Source: Eukaryota sp. TZLM1-RC
Lineage: Eukaryota; Protista; Metamonada: BaSk clade
Direction of reading: 5' to 3'
Assembly: GCA_040285825.1 (NCBI GenBank)
Contig: JAUPSS010000004.1
Span: 3,997,784-4,061,783 of the forward strand
DNA length: 64,000 nt
Shown piece after piece: positions 56,118 through 64,000 of the stretch. Both the position numbers and the translations under genes were made by a program. Under the pieces are notes generated by a model. The model had not been told where the DNA came from, ran no database searches, and saw only the letters and a list, made by a program, of their open reading frames with translations. Positions within the stretch are counted from its first letter, which is position 1. Every line of letters begins with the position of its first letter.

Positions 56118-58260
56118 TCGAGATATATTGTCTTTAACAGTGTCCTTTGCACCAAGAAGTGTGATTGTGGGAAATTCCCATTTGTACACAATCAATTTTC
56201 ATAGATACTGAGATCTTTCATTACCACTCATCCTCGCTTCAGCAATCGCAAACATATTCAGACAAGCCAACTTATTTCTATTGGAAAGCTTTGTTGAGCC
56301 TTTGTTACTGTGTTTGCAACTCTCACTGTTACAAGCTAGTAAACCATGACATGTAGTAACAGGAGTCTTTTTCTTCTATAGAATCTGGGATTTGCTACTC
56401 TCAAAAACGTAGCAACCTTTTCAAAACAAACAAACAAACAGGACATTTTGCTGAAGTGACAGCTTCATTAATCATCAATACTTCAAATCCATTCCTTTTC
56501 AGAAATTGAATCCATCCAATAGCATCGAGTAGGTCTCTGGTGTTTTAAGTTTTAGGGCCGCTTTTACCATAATCACCCATTAGTATTAAAGTGTCTTTTG
56601 GATTGCCAAAATGCTGAACAAGGCTTTTTAACAACCAACTTTCAGCCTTTTGCTTGTGAATAAAAGCTTGCATTTTATGAATGCTCCACAAGTCAAGACT
56701 ATAAAAGTCAATTGTCAAAAAAAACTTGCCGAAGTTTGGCAACCACAAAGTTGGAAAAATCTATAAAAGTTGCTGAATTTGCAGCAAATGCTGATAATTC
56801 GGTGTTTGCATCTTCAATTGGCACTTCGTTAGACTCTATCATTTGGTTCCTGTCGTAATCTACCTCAGTATACTTTGTCGCCCATCGTTTTTGCTTTTCA
56901 TTCATCCTACTTTTCAAAGACCAGGACATCTGAGTCATTCTTAACCATTTGTACTTCTTGTCTTGGTTCATCACCCGACTATTTCTTTGTTGTTCAGTTT
57001 CATGTTCAGGCACCATGGCTAATTCTTGATCCGTTTTTTTACTCCCAAAATACAATAAATCACGTTTTCCAGGATCACAAACAACAATTCGTTTGCCTTG
57101 AAAAGTATCAACATCAACATCATCAATATATAAATCCGAAATACTGGCCTTGTTGTCTGGCTTACATTTCTGACCTTGTTAATCCCGACGAACATATTCT
57201 ACTGCAATATTAAATCCATCTGTGTGGATAATGTTGTTGAATTTATAAATCTTATTTTTGAACATTGGTTGGTTTAAATCGATAATATTAGACCAAAAGT
57301 CAAATTGTTCAGGTGGTTTGAGTCTATGAACTTGGGCTCGTGTACTGACCATTTTTAATCTCAGATCAGGCAACAAATCATCCATCAATGTTTTTTTGAT
57401 AATTGTTCATATTGTTCTTGTATCAATAGGAAAATATCCAGGGCCTACAGTGGTTGAAATAGGAGAAATATGATAAGGTTTTTTCTCTCTTCTGAAGATA
57501 TATTGGGCAATTGTAATTGCTGGTTTTATGAATTATTGAGGATCTTTTTCAACAGCGTCTGCAAGAAAATGTATATCCATTGGAAATATATTATCAACTA
57601 AATTCTCGTCAGTGACGAAATTCTCAATTTGACAAGTAAAGGGCTCAATAAGACCTTCAAATATGTCTCTAAGTTCATTATTTCTTATATCATGTTGTTC
57701 ACATAAATCGAAAAATTCATCATTCAGAAGGTCTGAAATATTTTCAGGATGATGAAACAAAGAACTCAAGCAATCTCTATCATCAACTGAAAACAAGTTT
57801 TTGAATTGACGAAACCTAAATCTCAGCATCTCGTCATCCTTTTTCTCGTTTCGCTGTATGATGTTAAAAGAATGGGAAGAGTCAAGATAAACTCGCTGGC
57901 TGACATGATGTCTGACATGCTGCTTGCAATTTCAAATTGATTGCTAATTTCCACAATGGTATCAAATGCCTATACAATGTATCTCTATTAGTGGTCATCA
58001 GCATCAGCTCGATTTACCCTCTAGCTGTTCTGGTATCTTTATCTTTGTTCTTGTATCTGCTACTATGGATGTATCAAGCGTAACTTGTTCCTCTTCGTCC
58101 ATGTGTGTAACTTTATGCAGTAACACCGCCCACAACTGTCTTACTAACAGCGTGTCCGGCCAAATCAATGTGGAAGAGATTCTGTCCTCACTGCAATCCT
58201 ATTTAACCTGGAGGCTCGTCAGTCTACCTTTACAATCGACATGTACTTCCATCATGGTCA
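56118..58260 (-). mobile_element. Fanzor element remnant (many stops); right end abuts ATG 56117; left boundary approximate
   Basis: 'IHTDGFNIAV', 'CDPGKRDLLYFG', 'ILMGDYG', 'INEAVTSAKCPVC', 'CHGLLAC...SNRNKLACLNM'. Confidence 0.82.
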
Positions 58261-59011
58261 ATATTTCCAATGAAACAGAATAATTTCTTTAGTAGAGTAG
58301 TATTTCTGCAGTACATTGCAGAAAGTGTCATCATAACAACCCAACAGATGAAAGATGTAATTCTTGGATATTAGTATAAAATTAAAAACTGGTTCCTAGG
58401 TTATGTCAAACCACATTAAACTCATCTTTCTTAGCTATGTGTGGAAGATTTTCTTTCCTCTCACACATATACTCGACTACCTCCGTCATTCCCATGACTA
58501 GCGTTATGTTCAGCAATGCATTCCCTCATCACCCACTTCTCCGATTTTTACCATCATATAGCATTCGTAAGCCTGTGACAAATGGTCTAATGGTCATTCG
58601 TCAGCATCAGTGACATGATTAAAAACAATCTTTTTCAGTATTGAGAATAATTGATAACAATTCTATATGAACAATTTATTTCTTGTTTAGACACTTTTGC
58701 AGATTTAAATTGATTATTGTGCCCACCTATATTTATAAAAAAACATGTATTAATGCATTTTGAAAAAGTATAACGATACTGAATTCAATCCAAAATCAAG
58801 TGTTCAAGAGCTACCAAAAAACAATAGTTCTTGTCTACAAAACACAGGGAAGCTCCAAATAATTTTTTCTATCATTTATAAGAACAACGCAGAAATTACT
58901 AATGTTTGATGATTTAACTCATGCTAATTATACTAATTCACAAAGGAAATTACTCAATTTTCCTGGACTTATTGGCGGTTTTTGTTAAATTATTTCAATT
59001 GCATTAGGTTA

Positions 59012-59368
59012 TTAATCTATTATAATCAATAGAGTCTCAAAATCATTATCTTCAAAACAAGCTTCCACACCATCAAACCGTACAACATCAATGTCTTCGT
59101 AATGTGCACTGAGAAACATCAGAGCTTTCGAAATCATTTTAGGAATTGTTTTGAAAATAGTAAAAACAATACGATTCAAATACAAACAGCGGTCAAAAAG
59201 CTTTTTCATTCTTCTTTTTACAAGATTTTCAAAATCGTCAATAAAATGCATTGCAGTTTTTCCAAGACGTCCATACAAAGATATGGCAAATGTGCAAATT
59301 TGGTAATCCACATGGCGAACATGTTTCAATTCTTTCAAAGGATTTGCATATTTCTTTCGTTTGTACAA
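59012..59368 (-). mobile_element. CRE-like RLE family A-related 3' fragment
   Basis: 'KKYANPL...YQICTFAISLYG...NRIVFTIFK.IP.MISKAL...ACFEDNDF'. Confidence 0.75.
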
Positions 59369-59392
59369 TTCTGAATCATCAAGAGAGGAATT

Positions 59393-60525
59393 GCCTTTTG
59401 ATGTTCATCTGATCAATGGTGAATCAAATTTTTACTTGAATCAACTGCAATTTGAATTAGAAAATTTGCCTAGTGATATCTGGATTCAGTGTTTTCCTCA
59501 AAATGTTCAAGAAATTCCCACCCGATCACTTCCAAATTTACGTTTTTGCTTGAAAAAGCTTCAGCACCATCTGGTTAAAGTATATGAAGGCTTGGATTAT
59601 GAAGTACTTTGCTTGGCCAAAACTAAAAATCCCGCTTTCGGTAATTTTTTAAAGGATATTCGTGATAGTTCAGCTGCTGCTTTAGTAACTCAAGTTCCCT
59701 CTGTTTATGGACTTTTGTTAAAAAACAATGAATGGCTTCTAAACATGCGTTTTCGTTGTTTTCGGTGGCCAAACAATTTGCCCAATCATTTAACTTGTAA
59801 ATGTGGTAAACCTCTTTTGTTTACTCATCTTTTGAACTGTAAACATTTCATTACGTTTAGAAGCAAAGTGCATAATAACGTCAGGGACCAAATTTATGTA
59901 ATGTGCAAATCATATCGAGTAGATTCCTTTTTAGAACCGCTGTTATCAAAATTAATTCTTGATGATCCCAATATTGATAGTACGCGCTACAAAAGAGCTT
60001 CTATGGATTTAACAAGAGGTGAGCTGGTTGTTCCCGGCTTAAATGGTAGTTTTACTATTTCAGACGCCATGTCTATTGACCCTTGTAATTCCTCTAACGA
60101 ACATTTCATTAACTCAGATGTAAATAATCCTCTTCTTGCTGGCGAAAAATATACAATTGCTAAATATGCGAAACCCATTTCCTCAGTTAATGAAAATTCT
60201 CATGCCCAATATAATTTATGTCCCTTTGTTTTTTCTTTGCTTGGATCTCTAGGTAAGGCTGCTATGGCTTTCCTTGAGGATTTTGTGGTTGTTGTAAAGG
60301 AAAGAACTGGAAGAATTTTCAATCGTGTTTACTGGTAAACCAGGATTGTATTTTCTATTTTTAAGGGAATGGTAAAACTAATTTCTGATTCACTCCCTTC
60401 TTTTGGGAAATTTTCTGAATCTTGAGCAATTAATTGTTTTGATGTAGGGGAGGCAGGTTTTGAGGATGTGGAGTTTTAGTTGTGTATTTTATGTTTTCCT
60501 ATTCCTTATTAAATGAATAAAAAAA
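59393..60525 (+). mobile_element. 5'-truncated CRE-like RLE retrotransposon, family B
   Basis: Near-identical to the reverse complement of 47510-48603; ends AATAAAAAAA. Confidence 0.9.
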
Positions 60526-60634
60526 GGAAATGAAAGACCTCAAGTTTTGAAAAGTTCAACTTGATTCATTTCATCTTCATATTCCAGTAATCTCAACGGG
60601 TTACTAGTATTTAACATTTTTGTGCTGCTAGTCG

Positions 60635-61237
60635 ATGTCTACTGGAGAATCTTTCATTCCAAATGATACTGGTAAAACGACTACAGTAGTAGCTGATGGA
60701 CGTTATAAGGTTCATACTACATACAGCGACAACTCTGAGTTTGTTGAGGAATATGATGTCAACACCTTGCAACTCCTTGTGAGGAAGTGGCGCAAACGCT
60801 CGCGGCTCGGAGCATCTGGCCCTTTTCAATATGAAATAGGAGCCCCTCCTCGAAGTGGCGAAATTGACCTTCTCGCTCCGAGAGGACCCGAGTTCATTAG
60901 ACAAGACACCGATACACATTTCTGTTGGCGTGTATTCAATGCACCTTGGCCACTAGCTAATTATGACATTACGCTTGTTCCTGAAGAGCGTAAAATCTAT
61001 ATCCGCACTACCAATAAGAAATTCTTTAAGGCATTTGGTATTCCAGATTTAGATAGGTTAGGACTTCCTTATAGTAGCAATTTTTTAAATGTAACTTGGG
61101 CAAACTCTGTGCTTACTATAACCTATTTAAAGCCAAATACTGTTAGAGAATTGGAGCACCAGAGAAAGTTATGTCTTCGCAATGGAGCAAAGGACAAGCC
61201 TCCCAAAGAAGGGGATGTTTCCTGTAATCAACAATAA
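60635..61237 (+). CDS. DPCD: DPCD (deleted in primary ciliary dyskinesia) homolog
   Basis: 'DGRYKVH...EFVEEYD...LLVRKWR', 'F.RQDT..HF.WR', 'IRTTNKKFFK.F.IPDLDR', C-terminal 'C.QQ'. Confidence 0.92.
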   Translation: MSTGESFIPNDTGKTTTVVADGRYKVHTTYSDNSEFVEEYDVNTLQLLVRKWRKRSRLGASGPFQYEIGAPPRSGEIDLLAPRGPEFIRQDTDTHFCWRVFNAPWPLANYDITLVPEERKIYIRTTNKKFFKAFGIPDLDRLGLPYSSNFLNVTWANSVLTITYLKPNTVRELEHQRKLCLRNGAKDKPPKEGDVSCNQQ

Positions 61238-61952
61238 AGTAGTTAATATACTATTATTGCGTAAGAAAGTCGATTCAGTATTGTTTTTTGATGTGATCTT
61301 GAAATAAGATTATAAATAAAGAATTTGGTTTCCAAATATCCACCAGAAGAGGGTAAGCATGCTCAAGTTGCCAAACTCATGAATCATTAAAACATAGATT
61401 GACCCATCCTCTATTGTTGAGGATGGGTCACCCATCCATTTTCCTTGCCCTGTCTACTGATGGTAGATAAAATCAAAACTTGCACTAAAAAAAGAAGAAA
61501 AAGATTCTGATCTGTTGCATTCGACAGAATTTCTTTAGCGTAACTGTAAATTGGACTGTTGTTTTTCGGAAAGAAAAATTTCTCCATTAAAAACAGAGCT
61601 TGACGACTTTTGTCCGCAAGTCCGTATAAATAGATGTACAATGTATTCTTTTTAATAATGGTAAGGTCAAATCACTACCACCAGAAGAAGATTGCTTGCC
61701 AAGTTGACCACAGTACCACAACAAAAAATGTGGAAATTTGAAGTGCTGTATCAGAGCCGAGGTTTCATAGTTATCGATTCCCCATATAAGATCAGTGCCA
61801 GAAAATCCATGCAAAATGCAGGAATTGTGAGTCAATATTCAACTACGTATATGTCTCTCAAAAAGGAAACCATGATAAGTGACAGAAACAGTTTACAAAT
61901 GTGACTAGAGGTTTATAAATCAGAGCAATTTACATTTTCTTATATATAAATT

Positions 61953-62411
61953 ATGACATCGCACCAAAACCCACTCCTTGTCAAGGCTGAAACTGGTTCA
62001 ACTCGACCATGTACATATCAACTTCCTGATGTCTGTTTCGGTGTTCCTTCACGACGCTTTAAACCAGATTATGATACAACCAAGTCGTGTTTGGATATTC
62101 CTGAACCCGAAGTCTCTAAACAAAAGCGAAGAGGTGTGAAACCAGTCAAGATTCCTGATATTACCTTTGGAGTCACACAACCTATGCAAGATCCTATCCA
62201 AACCAAAAAAATACTAGCTCATGAGTACGAAGCCAACACTTCGCATCATGGAATGCAGAAAACTCAACGGAATAAGTCCAAATCACTACACACCAAAGCG
62301 TCTCTGGGCCATGCTAAGAAGTCTTCCAACCAAGACACTGTCGCCGAACCCTTTAAAATGAAGAAGTTTCTCAAAGTACCACCAAGAGTTCAGATTCCCC
62401 CAACTAAGTAG
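61953..62411 (+). CDS. CFAP77-like flagellar protein
   Basis: 'NPLLVKAETG..RP.TY.LP..FG', 'TKASLGH', 'FKMKKF.KVP'. Confidence 0.65.
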   Translation: MTSHQNPLLVKAETGSTRPCTYQLPDVCFGVPSRRFKPDYDTTKSCLDIPEPEVSKQKRRGVKPVKIPDITFGVTQPMQDPIQTKKILAHEYEANTSHHGMQKTQRNKSKSLHTKASLGHAKKSSNQDTVAEPFKMKKFLKVPPRVQIPPTK

Positions 62412-64000
62412 TTTTTTTTCAAGTTTTGTATATTATTCCAACAGTTGAGTATTAATTGATAAATTAATTGTTTAACCGTTGTTTTCTTGAGACATGATGT
62501 TAAAGTCACACTAAAGCATCTTGGGAAGTAACTGGGAAAGACTGTTTCATCGACAAATCTTCGTAATATTGGGATCCAATGTGTAGATTGAATAAGTAGC
62601 TACATTCAGAAGAGATTTTTATCTTGAACCAGTTAGGTTTAAGAAACTAAAGAGTTACTCTTTATTTTCCCAATAGGGTTGACAAAAGATTCAGTTCAAG
62701 GCTGGAGGAGCCTCATTACTGGTAAAGAATGCACCATTAGCTTAGATTATCAATTGTTGAATTGAACCCAGATTCCCTTAAAATCATGAACTTCAATAAA
62801 AAATATCAAAAATGGTCTCAAAATTCTGCTTCACGATTCCAATGTTCAACATTTCATCAGGGGTTATTTGTCAATATTAGCAGAATTGTACGAAGAACTT
62901 ATCTATTTTTTGAACTTTATTACTTGTATTGCTTTCATAATCATAAGGAACCACTTTTGCTTATCACAGAGCTTATCGAATGAGTTCTTATTCCATAACT
63001 ATTTTGGTGGTCAAAAGATCTGAGAAAACATAATGTGATTTAAAACAAGATGAATGAGCAAGTTGAAATGTTAATGTTTTTCTTCAATGGGAAAGTTCTT
63101 CTGTAAAAAATTAGAAGCTAAACCACCAGGTTTAAAATGGCCAAACCATGAGAGTAATAATCGTCATTATATTGAACAATACTATCAGTTGCGCTCAAAT
63201 TATACTCATGTCAATAGCCAAAGAGTAACTCGAATATCATTGTGTGACCAATATTCACACGTTTTATTTGTTCAGTATTCAGCAACACGTTTTTGAACCA
63301 TTTAGTTGTACTTGTGTTAGTGCCTTTAGGCTTAAATAGAACAAGGGCAAAATAAATCAACTTTATCTCATTCACTTTATCTCTCTTTATCTTAACTTCA
63401 AGACTCAAGGCAACAATAATTATTGGCCATATTTTAGTCAAGATATACCGTAAATAACTTCAGCAAATACTACCAGCTATCAGCAAGATGTTTTCAACGT
63501 GTCAGATAGCTCTGACTTACCACATTTTTCTCACCATTTGCAGCAAGAGGAACAACACCAACAACAAGTTAAATAGGACAATGAGGCAACGGATCCGGTT
63601 CCCATCTCCTCCATCAAAGGAGAGACAATCGTAAAAACGGATAAAATTGCTCTTTCTTCTAAAACAAAAGTCAAAGGAACTGGTCCGGACCGGGATCCCA
63701 CCTCTCTTTCTGACCCATTAGTTAAAGAGGCAACGATAACGGACGCGGATTCCTCTTCCCTTCCCAACGTAGAATCCAGTAAGGATATGGATGGAAACCT
63801 TACTTTACATACATCAACCATTTTAGGCAAGTATGATGAATTTCAAACTCAACTAGATAAGATGGAAGGGGAAGATGACACCAGTAATGGTTTTTACAAA
63901 CTCTTAACAAGGGCGCGGAAACTTGATTCGAGTCAACAAACCTTTGTCTATTTGAGCAGTTCCCTTTTTATAGAGTCAAACACTGAAAAACAAAGTCGAT

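Noticed and set aside
61300-61950. Short ORFs between DPCD and the CFAP77-like gene, and in 62500-63480
   Set aside because: Look like decayed coding DNA, but I could not support any family assignment.
63480-64000. Plus-strand reading frame open to the window end
   Set aside because: Contains an in-frame TAG near 63574, has no recognisable motif and is truncated; cannot be assigned.

Overview
AT-rich, compact, intron-poor eukaryotic DNA, probably from a flagellated protist (it carries DPCD, CFAP77-like, Tctex-type dynein light chain and TMEM17/216-like genes). About 17 host genes (XRN1, RBX1, mRNA guanylyltransferase, DYRK-family kinase, DNA polymerase alpha, Sec12, Psf1, Skp1 and others) are packed tightly at their 3' ends. 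Their 5' flanks hold islands of decayed mobile DNA: at least seven Fanzor (eukaryotic TnpB-like RuvC) remnants, many CRE-like RLE non-LTR retrotransposon fragments, one full-length Ty3/gypsy LTR element, a hAT-type MITE and a MULE transposase remnant. Main observation: every Fanzor remnant points tail-first at a downstream ORF on the same strand. A homologous, hairpin-forming Fanzor right end stops exactly at the ATG of four unrelated ORFs (XRN1, HAUS2-like, UBAP2-like and a 44-aa ORF), and a second end motif does the same at RBX1 and DPCD. This suggests RNA-guided elements that insert at start codons, whose guide would be the first codons of the host gene and whose ends have become host 5' UTRs or promoters. 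The three introns I can infer with confidence are all exactly 28 nt. All alignments and folds were done by eye; no database searches were run.
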